Assembly: GCA_963665115.1 (NCBI GenBank)
Contig: OY762007.1
Span: 4,224,001-4,288,000, forward strand
Direction of reading: 5' to 3'
Source: an uncultured Rivularia sp.
GTDB taxonomy: Bacteria; Cyanobacteriota; Cyanobacteriia; Cyanobacteriales; Nostocaceae
DNA length: 64,000 nucleotides
Positions within the stretch are counted from its first letter, which is position 1. Each line of letters opens with the position of its first letter. The notes below the pieces were generated by a model, which saw only the letters and a program-made list of their open reading frames with translations, made no database searches and was not told the DNA's origin. The position numbers were made by a program, and so were the translations under genes. This document shows, one piece after another, positions 45,469 through 56,150 of the stretch.

Positions 45469-45509
45469 TTATGACAACTAGTTGTCATAATGGTAATTAG
45501 TTGTCATAA
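45469..45509. promoter_or_regulatory. MarR operator: perfect 22-bp palindrome plus partial copy
   Basis: ttatgacaactagttgtcataa between the divergent marR and methyltransferase genes. Confidence 0.75.
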
Positions 45510-45533
45510 TTCTAGTGTAATTGAATTCGTGTT

Positions 45534-46127
45534 ATGAACTATATTTCATCACAGTTTGGCAATCCTAGAGGAATCTTAGGGCGATTTTTTGGTCTGCTAA
45601 TGACACAAACTAATCAAGCCAAAGATCACTGGACAATAAAGATGCTTAACGTTGAACCCGAAGACCATATCTTAGAAATCGGATTTGGCTCAGGTGTGGC
45701 AATCCAAAAAATGTCTCGAATTACTAAATGCGGATTTATTGCTGGTATTGACCGTTCGGAAGTTATGTTAAATCAAGCAAGCAATCGAAATAGACAGGCT
45801 ATTGAACGGGGATTGGTTGAATTGAAACATGGGGAAGTTGCACATTTGCCTTATGGGGATAAAACCTTTGATAAAGCCATAAGTAGCAACTCCCATTTTT
45901 TTTGGATTAATCCGGTTGAAAGTTTAAAAGAAGTACGTCGAGTTTTGAAACCGGGTGGATTGATTGTACTTACTTGGCAACCGAGATGGGCAAAAACGGA
46001 AGCCATGCTGACCGAAAGCGCTCAAAACACCAAAGCGCAACTTAAAGTAGCGGGATTTATTGATATTCAACTGAAGTTTAAAGCGATGAAACCTGTATAT
46101 TGTATCTGCTTGCAGGGAATTAAATAG
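45534..46127 (+). CDS. Class I SAM-dependent methyltransferase
   Basis: ILEIGFGSG, GIDRS, LPYGDKTFD, RVLKPGG. Confidence 0.88.
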   Translation: MNYISSQFGNPRGILGRFFGLLMTQTNQAKDHWTIKMLNVEPEDHILEIGFGSGVAIQKMSRITKCGFIAGIDRSEVMLNQASNRNRQAIERGLVELKHGEVAHLPYGDKTFDKAISSNSHFFWINPVESLKEVRRVLKPGGLIVLTWQPRWAKTEAMLTESAQNTKAQLKVAGFIDIQLKFKAMKPVYCICLQGIK

Positions 46128-46153
46128 TTTCGGAAGCATTACTGGAGAACGCT

Positions 46154-46648
46154 GTGATTTTAAACATTGCTCGATTACTTAGTCTTGTGCTTACTTCAAT
46201 TGCCACAGGGGTAGCTTTATGTCATGCACTCGAACTTCCCAACAAAATGGCGTTATCTGCTTCTATGTGGCTCAACGTACAGAAGGTGTTATATAACGGC
46301 TTCGGCAAAATTCTGGGACCAGTAGAATATGGTGCTTTAGCGACAACTTTACTTGTGCTGTTTTTGGTTCGCAAGCAACGGAGAACTTTTATACTGACAT
46401 TGATTACTTCAGTCTTGATTGCTATAGCGCTAATAGTTTGGTTAAGCTTTGTTGGTCCAGCAAACCTCAGAGTTGATACTGCACTAACAGTTCCGATTGA
46501 TTGGATGCAGATACGCAATCAATGGGAGTATGGACACGCTACTCGTGCTGGTTTGTTTTTGGTAGCACTGATAACGTTGAGTCTCTCTATACTTTCCGAT
46601 ATACCAATCGGTAATAACCGGAATATGAGATATCGCGATAATAATTAA
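46154..46648 (+). CDS. DUF1772/anthrone-oxygenase-like membrane protein
   Basis: 4 TM helices, DWMQIRNQWEYGHATR. Confidence 0.7.
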   Translation: MILNIARLLSLVLTSIATGVALCHALELPNKMALSASMWLNVQKVLYNGFGKILGPVEYGALATTLLVLFLVRKQRRTFILTLITSVLIAIALIVWLSFVGPANLRVDTALTVPIDWMQIRNQWEYGHATRAGLFLVALITLSLSILSDIPIGNNRNMRYRDNN

Positions 46649-46690
46649 AGTCTTAAATATTGAGGAGAAGAATATTTTAATTAATTCTCT

Positions 46691-48058
46691 CTATGCCCTT
46701 TTAATTAATTTAGTACGAGATGATTGATTACAAGGTAATATAACAATGAAAGTGCTACCTTTTCCAACTTCACTTTCTACTTCCAAACTACCGTGATGAG
46801 ATACTACAATAGCTTTTGCAATTGCTAATCCTAAACCCGAACCACCAGTATGACGAGAACGGTCACTATTAACTCGATAAAAGCGGTCAAAAACGTTAGA
46901 AAGTTCATTCTTGGGAATACCAATACCCGTATCTTTGACTCGAACTTCAGCTTCCGTTTCATACTTATCTAAAATAACTGTGACTTCCCCACCAGGTAAA
47001 GTATACTGAATTGCATTTACTATTAAATTAGAAAATAAGCGATAAAGCTGTTCGGTATTACCAATAATATTTATTTCCTTGTTAATACGAATTTCCGATT
47101 TCAAGGTAACATCAGATGAAATTGCCATTGCTGCAAATTCTTCTATCAAGTCCTCAATAATATCATTTAAAGAACATAATTCCCGCTGTACAGAAAGGGA
47201 TTGTCTATCAAAGCGAGAAAGCATTAATAAATCTACTACTAAACTAGTAAGACGTTGATTTTGACGCTTGATAGTTCCGAGAATATCCCATGCTTCTTTA
47301 ATGTCTAAATCTGGCATTAATAAAACTGAATCTATTGTTGCTTGAATTGCGGCTAACGGTGTTCTTAATTCATGAGCAGCGTCGGCTGTAAATTGTTGAA
47401 TTTGTCTGTAAGATTGATAAATTGGTCGCATTGCTAAACCTGCCAACCACCAACTAGCAAAAGCAATCATTGTCATCGCTGTCGGTAATCCTACTAACAG
47501 ACTTAATTTAACTGCATCCATATAGCTGTTAACATCGGCTATATTTCTTCCAACTTGTAAATATCCCCAATCGCGATTATCTTTGGTGTGTAATTCTAAT
47601 GACATTTGATGGTAAAAATTACCAGTATCGTCTTGAATTGTTTGCCAAAGTTTCTGATTAAAATCTGAAGATTCAGCTTGTGGGAAAGAACCTGCAACTG
47701 CTATTAAACGTGCCGAATTACCAAACAAACGCACGTAATAACCTTGATGAATTGCGTTTAGAATATGTCGTTGAGCAGTAGAATTTTGCGATATGCAACC
47801 CGTTTCTACTACACAAATACTTGGTAAAACTTCTCTTACAATTGGTTCTACTTTTTCGGGCTGTTTTAGCTTGGATTCTAAATTATTATGTAAACTTCTA
47901 GCGACAAATTCTAATTCTCTATCTAAAGCTTCCGAATGAGCATGAGATACTGCGGTGTATAAACCTGAGCCGCAAACGGTTAAAATTAAACCCATAACAA
48001 TAGCATACCAAAGTGCTAATCGAAATCGAGTTCTTTGAAAAAGTTTATTTTGATTCAT
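46691..48058 (-). CDS. rppB: Sensor histidine kinase (RppB/NrsS/CopS-like)
   Basis: FTADAAHELRTP, NAIQYT, DTGIG, GGSGLGLAI. Confidence 0.85.
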   Translation of the reverse strand: MNQNKLFQRTRFRLALWYAIVMGLILTVCGSGLYTAVSHAHSEALDRELEFVARSLHNNLESKLKQPEKVEPIVREVLPSICVVETGCISQNSTAQRHILNAIHQGYYVRLFGNSARLIAVAGSFPQAESSDFNQKLWQTIQDDTGNFYHQMSLELHTKDNRDWGYLQVGRNIADVNSYMDAVKLSLLVGLPTAMTMIAFASWWLAGLAMRPIYQSYRQIQQFTADAAHELRTPLAAIQATIDSVLLMPDLDIKEAWDILGTIKRQNQRLTSLVVDLLMLSRFDRQSLSVQRELCSLNDIIEDLIEEFAAMAISSDVTLKSEIRINKEINIIGNTEQLYRLFSNLIVNAIQYTLPGGEVTVILDKYETEAEVRVKDTGIGIPKNELSNVFDRFYRVNSDRSRHTGGSGLGLAIAKAIVVSHHGSLEVESEVGKGSTFIVILPCNQSSRTKLIKRA

Positions 48059-48066
48059 GTTTATAA

Positions 48067-48762
48067 TTAATTCTTAAAATTAAAACGATATCCCATACCA
48101 TGTAAAGTTTCGATGGGATTTCCACAGCCGCTAGCAGCTAATTTTCGTCGTAATAAACGTACCTGTGCGGCTACTACATTGCTACTTGATTCTGCACTTG
48201 CTTCCCAAAGTTGATTGCGAATTTGTTCGGTTGTGAGAATTTGGTTGGGGTGGTTCATAAAATATTCTAGTAACTGAAATTCTTTGTTAGTCAAAGACAT
48301 TTCTTGTTTATCTGATGAAGCATTTTTATTAATTATTGTATTATTCCCATAGTCCAAAGTTAGATTACCCATAGTAACTTGAGGGGGTTGAAATTGAGGT
48401 ACCCTTCTTTGCAAAGCTCGTAACCTTGCCAATAATTCCTCCATCCCAAAAGGTTTCACTAAATAATCATCTGCCCCAGCATCCAAACCAGCTACCTTAT
48501 CTTCCATACTATCTTTAGCTGTTAACATTAAAACGGGCATCGCATTTTTATTCTGACGCAGTTTTTGACATAATTCCAATCCCGAGATTCCTGGAAGCAG
48601 CCAATCGAAAATACCTATTTTATATTCCGTCCATTTATCTTCTAAAAGCTCCCATGCTTCATTACCATCCATTACCCAATCAACTAAATACCTTTGTTGA
48701 GTTAAAATTCGCTTAATCGCTGCACCCAAATCCGGTTCGTCTTCTACTAATAGTATTCTCAT
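48067..48762 (-). CDS. rppA: OmpR-family response regulator (RppA/NrsR/CopR-like)
   Basis: MRILLVEDE, DWLLPG, GADDYLVKPF, ETLHGMGYRF. Confidence 0.88.
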   Translation of the reverse strand: MRILLVEDEPDLGAAIKRILTQQRYLVDWVMDGNEAWELLEDKWTEYKIGIFDWLLPGISGLELCQKLRQNKNAMPVLMLTAKDSMEDKVAGLDAGADDYLVKPFGMEELLARLRALQRRVPQFQPPQVTMGNLTLDYGNNTIINKNASSDKQEMSLTNKEFQLLEYFMNHPNQILTTEQIRNQLWEASAESSSNVVAAQVRLLRRKLAASGCGNPIETLHGMGYRFNFKN

Positions 48763-48823
48763 AAAACACCCATAAAATTTGAGTTTAATAAATTTCACTC
48801 TAAAAATAGATTTACATAAAATT

Positions 48824-48999
48824 ATGAAATTAGGATGAAAACTAAAGCGATATCTCTTATTTACGCTATTTGAATGCTTTCAAGGTGGATTCTTTTTAAT
48901 ATTATTCTACTGTTTGGATAAAAAATATTGTTAATGAATCTAGGTTAAATTGTACAAATAACAATCTTCATAACATACAAGTATGAAATCAAGATGAAA
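48824..48999 (-). promoter_or_regulatory. Two TTTCAT-N5-TTTCAT boxes (48824-48840, 48983-48999)
   Basis: atgaaa-N5-atgaaa on the plus strand; CopR/NrsR-type direct repeat upstream of the regulator. Confidence 0.75.
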
Positions 49000-49099
49000 T
49001 CGACTTACATCAATAGTTAGAAATAATATTATTTCTTTTGTTAGATGGAACGGTGCTTTATTAGCGAATAATCTGAACACATAGTAAGTAATAAAAGCT

Positions 49100-49447
49100 A
49101 TGACGACTACTCAAACTCAGCCCTCCAATTTGGATTCTTGTATTCAAGTTTGTCTAGATTGCTTGAAAGATTGTGAAAATTGCGCCACTGCTTGTTTAAG
49201 CAGCGATATGGTGCAAATGATGTCGGAATGCATCAAATTATGTCGAGACTGTTCGGATACCTGCTCTCTGTGCGCTCGTTTGATGGTGCGTCAGTCAGGT
49301 ATTCATGCTCAAATGTGCGGTGTATGTGCTGAAGCTTGCGACCGTTGTGCCGCTGAATGTAGCAAACACGACAGCGACCACTGCCAACGCTGTGCCCAAT
49401 CCTGCCGTCGTTGTGCAGAGTCTTGTCGTCAAATGGCGACTGCATAA
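49100..49447 (+). CDS. Cys-rich four-helix-bundle copper storage protein (Csp3/DUF326)
   Basis: Repeated CxxxC/CxxC, ending HCQRCAQSCRRCAESCRQM. Confidence 0.88.
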   Translation: MTTTQTQPSNLDSCIQVCLDCLKDCENCATACLSSDMVQMMSECIKLCRDCSDTCSLCARLMVRQSGIHAQMCGVCAEACDRCAAECSKHDSDHCQRCAQSCRRCAESCRQMATA

Positions 49448-49560
49448 GTAATTATTACTGTCTAGCTGTCAGGATATTAGTGTAGCGTGTTCCTTTGAAG
49501 CTACATTATCCCTCAGCTAGTAATTATGCTTTTCACATTTAAAATATTTTCTCAAACCAC

Positions 49561-49592
49561 TTGACTCTATAGTTAACTTGAGATTTTACCTT
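49561..49592 (+). promoter_or_regulatory. MerR-type promoter with 20-bp spacer
   Basis: TTGACT-ctatagttaacttgagattt-TACCTT. Confidence 0.7.
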
Positions 49593-49619
49593 TGATGTAT
49601 AGTTGCTCGAATAAAGAAT

Positions 49620-50412
49620 ATGAATAGCACAACCTTAGAAAAAGTTAGACTATATCGGATGTCTACCCCAGAACACGAATGTCCCTTGGGGATTAAAAGC
49701 AGTTAATCTACTTCAGGAAAAAGGAATTGACTTTGAAGATCATAAACTTACATCTCGTGAAGAAATAGATGAATTCAAAGCCAAACATCATGTCGAAACC
49801 ACACCACAGATTTTCTCTGGTGACGAAAGAATTGGTGGCTATACCGATTTAGCCGAAAAGCTAGACGTTGAAGCAGAAGGTGCAGAATATTCCTATACTC
49901 CCGTTATTGCCATATTTTCCAGCGCAGGATTGATGGCTTTAGCAACGACTATGGGGTTGACTGGCTTTATGGGTTTCTCCCTTTCCTTGCTAGCTACTTT
50001 AAAGCTGATGGATATCGAATCTTTTGCTGAGAGTTTCGAGAAGTATGATTTGATAACCAAAAAAATTAAACCCTATGCCAAAGTATATCCATTCGCAGAA
50101 TTAGCGATTGGTTTGGGTTATCTTTCCGGAATTGCACCACTATTAACCGGAATCACTTCTTTATTCGTTGGTGTTAGCGGTGGTATTTCGGTATTTAAAG
50201 CAGTGTATATTGATAAACTTGCGCTCAACTGTGCTTGTGTTGGAGGAAATTCCAAAGCACCTTTAGGGGTTGTTAGCTTTACTGAAAATGCGATTATGGC
50301 AATTATGGGAGGAATGTTGATTTACTCTGCTGCTACAGGAGAAGTGGAATCTGCAAAGATTAAAGAAATTGAACCTGCTGCGGTTGTTCAAATGCAAGAT
50401 GCAAAAAGATAG
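49620..50412 (+). CDS. Glutaredoxin-MauE/DoxX fusion protein (frameshift near 49684)
   Basis: HECPWG..TTPQIF..IGGYTDL after a one-C correction, then TM helices and LNCACVGG. Confidence 0.8.
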
Positions 50413-50446
50413 TCAGAGAATACAGATACTTCTAACTATCATCAGC

Positions 50447-50478
50447 TTGACTCTCTAGTTAACTAGAGAGTTTATCAT
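50447..50478 (+). promoter_or_regulatory. MerR-type promoter with perfect 22-bp operator
   Basis: TTGACT-20 nt-TATCAT; palindrome actctctagttaactagagagt at 50450-50471. Confidence 0.8.
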
Positions 50479-50511
50479 TAAGAAATCGTAGAAATAGGCA
50501 GTGAAAAAACT

Positions 50512-50937
50512 ATGAATAAATTAGCCTATCTAAAAATTGGAGAATTAGCGAAACAAACAGGACTTACCGTAGGAACTTTACGTTATTACAGCGATATCGG
50601 ACTTTTGCAACCCGCACAGAGAGGAGACAATGGTTATCGATATTATGCCGCGAATGCGTCCGAGCAAGTAAAATTTATCAAGAAAGCTCAAGCTCTGGGA
50701 TTTACCTTAGAAGAAATCAAACAAATTCTGGATGTTCGCAACGGTGGTGAAATTCCTTGTGATTTAGTACAAAGTTTATTAGAGAATAAAATCGAACAGT
50801 TGGCAATTCAAATTAAACAAATGACTTTGTTTAAGAGGGAGTTAGAAGAATATCGTGCTAATTGGGAAAATAAATCAAAGAAGACATTGAAACTCGAAGA
50901 AGTTTGTCCTTTAATCGATAGCGTCCCTTTACATTAG
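50512..50937 (+). CDS. Heavy-metal-responsive MerR family regulator
   Basis: KIGELAK..TLRYY..GYRYY..LGFTLEEIK, PC, VCPLI. Confidence 0.9.
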   Translation: MNKLAYLKIGELAKQTGLTVGTLRYYSDIGLLQPAQRGDNGYRYYAANASEQVKFIKKAQALGFTLEEIKQILDVRNGGEIPCDLVQSLLENKIEQLAIQIKQMTLFKRELEEYRANWENKSKKTLKLEEVCPLIDSVPLH

Positions 50938-51300
50938 CTCTGTATCGGATTATAGTTTCAAATTCTGAGAACATTTTATTCGCTTCATTTAAACTTTTTG
51001 CAATATCGAAAATGAATAAAACTATTATCAATCTCTGATTTTTATTCAGCTATATAAAGCTTTAATCCTCGGTGTTAATATTGACAATACATATTTGAAT
51101 TATAAGTAATTACAAGAAAAGCTTAGTAGAACTTATTGCGATAATTGGGTATGGTGAAATATAGAGGAGTAACAGTGTTAACTGTTAGCAATAAGTCTAT
51201 TGAGCTATTTTCATCTTGACGGATAAAAATGAAATTAAGATGAAATTTATCCTTTATTATCCTATTCAATAGAATAGTAAGAGATAAATCAAATAATTTA

Positions 51301-51783
51301 TCAATCATCATATGTATTAATTTGAGTAATGCCAAGTGGAATATTATCTGTGAACTCAGCTATTTTGGCATCAACTTTGAATTGCCAAGTTTCTGCATAA
51401 CCAGGAGTAATAACATCTTTCATCAAAATAGATAACTTTGTTTCAGGGGCTACTGGTTGTGAGAAAATGACTTGAGCTTTATTTTCATTTATAGAAACTT
51501 CCGTAGCTATTTTTTCACCTTCAGCATTTTTTACTTCTATCCCATCATCTATTTTTATTTCAGAAGGTATATCTATTGAAAGTCCCTCAAGAGGCTTCCC
51601 TTGTACATGGACTTCTATTTCGTAAGTAGCAGTCATTGCTTCTGCATCGTTTGGAAACGCAGCACTATCAATTATATGAGAAGCTTGATAATCATTTGGT
51701 TTGCCACTTGCTAATACAGCAGTAACCGGAGATGACAATAATAACGTAAAGGCAGCAGTGTAAATATTTTTTTTTAATTTCAT
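51301..51783 (-). CDS. DUF2808-like secreted protein
   Basis: Signal peptide, FSQPVAPETKL; upstream TTTCAT box at 51845-51861. Confidence 0.6.
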   Translation of the reverse strand: MKLKKNIYTAAFTLLLSSPVTAVLASGKPNDYQASHIIDSAAFPNDAEAMTATYEIEVHVQGKPLEGLSIDIPSEIKIDDGIEVKNAEGEKIATEVSINENKAQVIFSQPVAPETKLSILMKDVITPGYAETWQFKVDAKIAEFTDNIPLGITQINTYDD

Positions 51784-52107
51784 GACTATTATCCTCTACA
51801 ACTAATAAGACGAATCGTTCTATTTATAAGTATGGTTATTAGTTATGAAATAGACATGAAATTTTATCGTTAATTATAATATATTTTTATTTATAAATGC
51901 GAATGAGATTACAAGAATATACTTGTTTTTATAAAGTCAAGAAAACAAGTTTTTAATCCTATTGACAGGACTAAAAACTTGCTAATGGAATAAAATCTAG
52001 ATAAAAGCCAAAGAAGGCATATATAAATAATATACGAGATAAAAATGAAATTAGGATGAAATATTTTAGTTAGATTATTTTTTTTAATTTATTTATTTAA
52101 TCATAGT

Positions 52108-52153
52108 AAAAAAACGGACTTATAAATGTGCCCCTAGAGCATTTATAAGTCCG
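52108..52153 (-). terminator. Intrinsic terminator
   Basis: 14-bp stem cggacttataaatg/catttataagtccg followed by T7 on the minus strand. Confidence 0.75.
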
Positions 52154-52299
52154 AGATTAAATCCATTAAATTAATTTAATGGAGAGCCGAGTATGAGGAA
52201 CTAACTCAACCAATAACCAATTTCTCATAAACAAATGAAATTAAGATGAAATTACTGAATAATAAAGTCTTTTTGATATAGTTAAAAATGCTTTTCATC

Positions 52300-55200
52300 T
52301 TAACCGTGCCATCTTAATTTTTTCCTCATCCCAGACAACCCATTCGTAATATCATCGACAAGCGAATAAACTACAGGTACAACAATTAAAGTCAGCAGTG
52401 TGGAAATAACCAAACCACCCAAAATTACCGTAGCGATAGGTGAATAAGCGTCCATCCCGGTTTCTGGAAAAAAGGCGAGTCGAAAAATTACAATGATTGT
52501 AGTAAAGGTGGTCATCACAATCGCTTTGAGTCGAACTGGTCCGGCTTCCCGAATTGCAATGTCTCTTGGTTCTCCTTCCTGACGTTTTGTCAAAATTAAT
52601 TCTAGTAATAAAATAGCTGCGGAAACTGATAAACCAGATAGAATAATAATTCCCAAAATCGAAACTGTAGACAAAGTTTGTCCTGCAAGCAATAGCGCTC
52701 CAAATACCCCTACCAACTGCAAAGGAATTGACAGCATCATTACCAAAGGTTGGATAAACGAACCAAATTGAATTACCAATATGAGATAAATCAGTAACAA
52801 AGAAACCACCAAGCCTTGTAAAAGTCGCTCAAACTCAATCATCATATCCGTCATGTCCCCCATCGAATCGATACCGTAACCGGGGGGAAAGTCTAATTTA
52901 CTACCCGCATTCATGGCGATCGCCATTGATAAGTCCATAGAAGCGGGACCATCTTTACGATAATATCCGTTGACATAAACCACCCGTTTTCCGTTGACTC
53001 GTTCAATTAACGTCGGTCCTTGTTCCCGTTGTAATGTTGCTACGGTACTTAGTGGAACTTGCCGATTGTCCGAGGTAGTAATATAGGTTGATGACAAGTC
53101 TTGCTGAGTTCCCCGGTCTTGTTCGTCGTACCGTACTAAAATAGAATTTTGTCTTAGATTGGGACGATTATAATATCTGCGAGTGTAACCCCCATTCAAA
53201 GCATAACGAGCTTGTTCGGCGATGTCTTTGATATTTAACCCTAGTTCCTTGGCTCTACGACGGTCAATTTTTAACTGAAATTCTGGCTGAGTCATTGCCG
53301 AACTTGTATGTGGCATTACTAAGTCTGGGGTGTCTTCAGCGATACCCAGCACACCCTGAGCTAAACGATGTAATTCGTCCAAATCTTCACCATAAACCGC
53401 CAACTGTACCGGCGCTGCCGATGTAGCCATTACGTCTACACCCATTTCCTTCATCGCAATGCGTCGCAAACCGGGAATAGTACTGCGAGCTTCGGTTTTG
53501 ACTTCATCAATAATTTGCCAAATATCCCTTTCTCGTGCCCCAACATCCTTGAGAGTCACAATCGCTGAAGCGGTATTGACTCCCCCCATGCTGTAACCAC
53601 TAAAGTAAGTACTGTTGCGCGTTAGTTCAAAACCAACTTGTGAAGAAACCTTTTCGACTTCCGGCTGTTCTAACAGAATTTTTTCAAACTTTTGAGCAAG
53701 CTGGTCAGTTTTACTAAAAGATGTCCCCGGTTCAAATTCTATCGTTGCCATAATTTGACCGGAATCACCCAAAGGCATCATTTCTTGCCCAATTAACGGA
53801 TATAAACTAAATGCTAGAACAATAGAAGCACCTGTCAAAGCTAAAGTAATTTCACGGTTTTTCATGCAGATGTCGAGCAACCAACCGTAACCTTGCTCTA
53901 ACTTATAAAAGCTGTAACGTATCGGAGTCAGCAATCTCTGCAACCAGGTTTTACGTCTGCCTTTTTGATGTAGTGGTTTAAGGAAGAATGCTGCAAGTAA
54001 AGGAATCAAAGTAATTGAAACAATCAGCGAAGAGAGAAAAGCAAACACCATCGGATAAACCAACCCGACAAACATCAGCCCAGTTAATCCACCAGCAAGT
54101 ATCGTCGGTAATAAAGCCGCAATCATTACACAGCTTGCAGCAGCACTTGCTAAAAATACCTCTCCCGTTCCTTTAATTGCTGCTTCGTGGGGTTTATGTC
54201 CTTCTTGTAGTTTCCGGTCAATGGAATCAATTACAATAATCGAGTCATCCACCAGTTTACCAATAGCCATCATCATCCCAATCAAAGTTGACGAATTAAG
54301 CGACATTCCAATTGGGATAAAAGGAAGCATCGATAGCGCTAGGGATGTGGGGATAGAAATCATTACAATAGCTGTGGCTCGGAAGTTTTCTAAGAAAACC
54401 AGAATTACCAAACCCGCAAGCACAACGCTAATCAGTAATTCCCCGGTGGTACTATCTTTAATTAAATTAACCAAATAAGAATTATCATAAGCAACCTCAA
54501 ATTCTAAACCCGGATACTGTGCCTGTATTTTGGTTAATTCAGCGCGTACCCGTTCGATAACTTGCGGCGAACTAGAATCCGGTTTTTGAATAACGTTTAC
54601 TGCTAATGCGGCTTCACCATTGTAGCGATAACCACTGCGACGTTCTTCATAAGTATCTTTAACAGTAGCAACATCTCTGACATAAACCACCTGTCCCGAC
54701 TTTTCCAACACCGGGTAATCCATCACCGCACGAGCATTCAGCGCTCGTTCGTCGGTACGTACCAGAATTTCACTATCTCCCCTCGTCAGCACCCCCGCAC
54801 CTTGACTAACATTATTTGCGTCGATCGCATCTCGTACTTGTAATATAGATAAACCGTAAGCAGCCAACTTTTGACGGTCAATAATTATCTGCAACTGTCG
54901 CCGATAACCGCCAAAAATTGACACCGCTTGTACATCCCGCACCTGAGTTAATCTATCAACCAAAGTGTTGTCAGCAAACTCCCGTAAACGTACCGGGTCC
55001 CAACCTTCTCCCCGTAAAGCCAGAGTTAATACAGGACGGTTGAGCGGGTCGATGGGTAAAACCCAGTAGGAACGGGTATTAATCCCATCAAGCGTCAAAT
55101 CTCCCTCCGCAGCAGTCATCACGCTTTGTACTTCCTGCACCGAGTTTTCAATATCTCCCCCCCATTCAAACTGCACAGAAACTAAAGACATATCCTGTTG

Positions 55201-55458
55201 CGAACTCGAACGGATAAACCGCACGCCATCTAAAACAGTTAAACGCTGCTCAATTGGTTTACTGATATAGGTTTCCACTTCATAGGGTGAGGAACCGGGA
55301 GCCATTGTCACAATTGCTACCAAAGGACTTTGGACATAAGGCATCATCCTTACCGGGAGTAGGAATAACGTAAGGGTAGCGAGGACGAGGATACCGATGT
55401 ATAAAGCCGCGAGTACTACCGGATTTTTGATTGACCAGCGAGTGAGGAAGTATTTCAT
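52300..55458 (-). CDS. RND efflux permease (AcrB/CusA superfamily)
   Basis: 1052 aa; AIGKLVDDSIIV, RLKAIVMTT, ILGGLVISTLLTLIVVPVVY. Confidence 0.92.
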   Translation of the reverse strand: MKYFLTRWSIKNPVVLAALYIGILVLATLTLFLLPVRMMPYVQSPLVAIVTMAPGSSPYEVETYISKPIEQRLTVLDGVRFIRSSSQQDMSLVSVQFEWGGDIENSVQEVQSVMTAAEGDLTLDGINTRSYWVLPIDPLNRPVLTLALRGEGWDPVRLREFADNTLVDRLTQVRDVQAVSIFGGYRRQLQIIIDRQKLAAYGLSILQVRDAIDANNVSQGAGVLTRGDSEILVRTDERALNARAVMDYPVLEKSGQVVYVRDVATVKDTYEERRSGYRYNGEAALAVNVIQKPDSSSPQVIERVRAELTKIQAQYPGLEFEVAYDNSYLVNLIKDSTTGELLISVVLAGLVILVFLENFRATAIVMISIPTSLALSMLPFIPIGMSLNSSTLIGMMMAIGKLVDDSIIVIDSIDRKLQEGHKPHEAAIKGTGEVFLASAAASCVMIAALLPTILAGGLTGLMFVGLVYPMVFAFLSSLIVSITLIPLLAAFFLKPLHQKGRRKTWLQRLLTPIRYSFYKLEQGYGWLLDICMKNREITLALTGASIVLAFSLYPLIGQEMMPLGDSGQIMATIEFEPGTSFSKTDQLAQKFEKILLEQPEVEKVSSQVGFELTRNSTYFSGYSMGGVNTASAIVTLKDVGARERDIWQIIDEVKTEARSTIPGLRRIAMKEMGVDVMATSAAPVQLAVYGEDLDELHRLAQGVLGIAEDTPDLVMPHTSSAMTQPEFQLKIDRRRAKELGLNIKDIAEQARYALNGGYTRRYYNRPNLRQNSILVRYDEQDRGTQQDLSSTYITTSDNRQVPLSTVATLQREQGPTLIERVNGKRVVYVNGYYRKDGPASMDLSMAIAMNAGSKLDFPPGYGIDSMGDMTDMMIEFERLLQGLVVSLLLIYLILVIQFGSFIQPLVMMLSIPLQLVGVFGALLLAGQTLSTVSILGIIILSGLSVSAAILLLELILTKRQEGEPRDIAIREAGPVRLKAIVMTTFTTIIVIFRLAFFPETGMDAYSPIATVILGGLVISTLLTLIVVPVVYSLVDDITNGLSGMRKKLRWHG

Positions 55459-55540
55459 TGAGGAGAGGGAAGTTTTTTAACGCAAAGTTACGCAGAGGTA
55501 AGCGCGGAGGTACGCGGAGGGGTTTGGTTAAATTCTCTAT

Positions 55541-55966
55541 CTATTTAACATCAAATGTATAATTCGCTTGACCATTAAGTTTGGGGTCTTTTACTTGTGT
55601 AATAACATTCCATTTACCCTTCATTCCAAAATTGGTTTTGATTTTATATCTTCCTGGTTGCGTGTCTGGTTCTACTTTTGCCATTGAGGTCATATCTTCT
55701 TCACCTTCCATTGGCATGGAAACGTTTACGTCTAAGGTTTCTACAGCAACGGGTTTCTGGGTTTGGGGGTCGATAACTTCTACAATTAGCTGATTGTTGC
55801 CCATTTTTACGGCTTCTTGAGAATTGGGACTAACTAGATTTATTTTGGCGCTTTCTATTTGTTGTTGGGATGCGGTGGTTGATGTTGTTTCTGTTTGTGC
55901 TTCTGGAGTGGAGCAAGCGATTGTGAAAAAGCTGAGTGTTAGTAGTAGGGGGAGTAGTTTAATCAT
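55541..55966 (-). CDS. YtkA/FixH-like lipoprotein
   Basis: Lipobox IAC; SMPM..M; PGRY....FGMKGKW. Confidence 0.75.
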   Translation of the reverse strand: MIKLLPLLLTLSFFTIACSTPEAQTETTSTTASQQQIESAKINLVSPNSQEAVKMGNNQLIVEVIDPQTQKPVAVETLDVNVSMPMEGEEDMTSMAKVEPDTQPGRYKIKTNFGMKGKWNVITQVKDPKLNGQANYTFDVK

Positions 55967-55984
55967 TGTTTTGTTTGTGATTAG

Positions 55985-56150
55985 GTGAGTTGAAGATTTA
56001 TGAACCGCAGAGGACGCTGAGGACGCTGAGAAAGAGATGGGGAGAGAAGGTAGAGGGAAAGTGAGGAAATATTTGTAGTGGGAGCATCTTGCTCCCTAGC
56101 TGCTTAATAAACGATGCCCAATGCCCTTCGGCCCCATGCCCAATTCCCAT
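55985..56150. repeat. Intergenic short repeats: gaggacgct, a GTAG REP-like hairpin and tgccca-type heptamers
   Basis: gaggacgctgaggacgctgag; gtagtgggagcatcttgctccc; tgcccaatgcccttcggccccatgcccaattccc. Confidence 0.6.
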
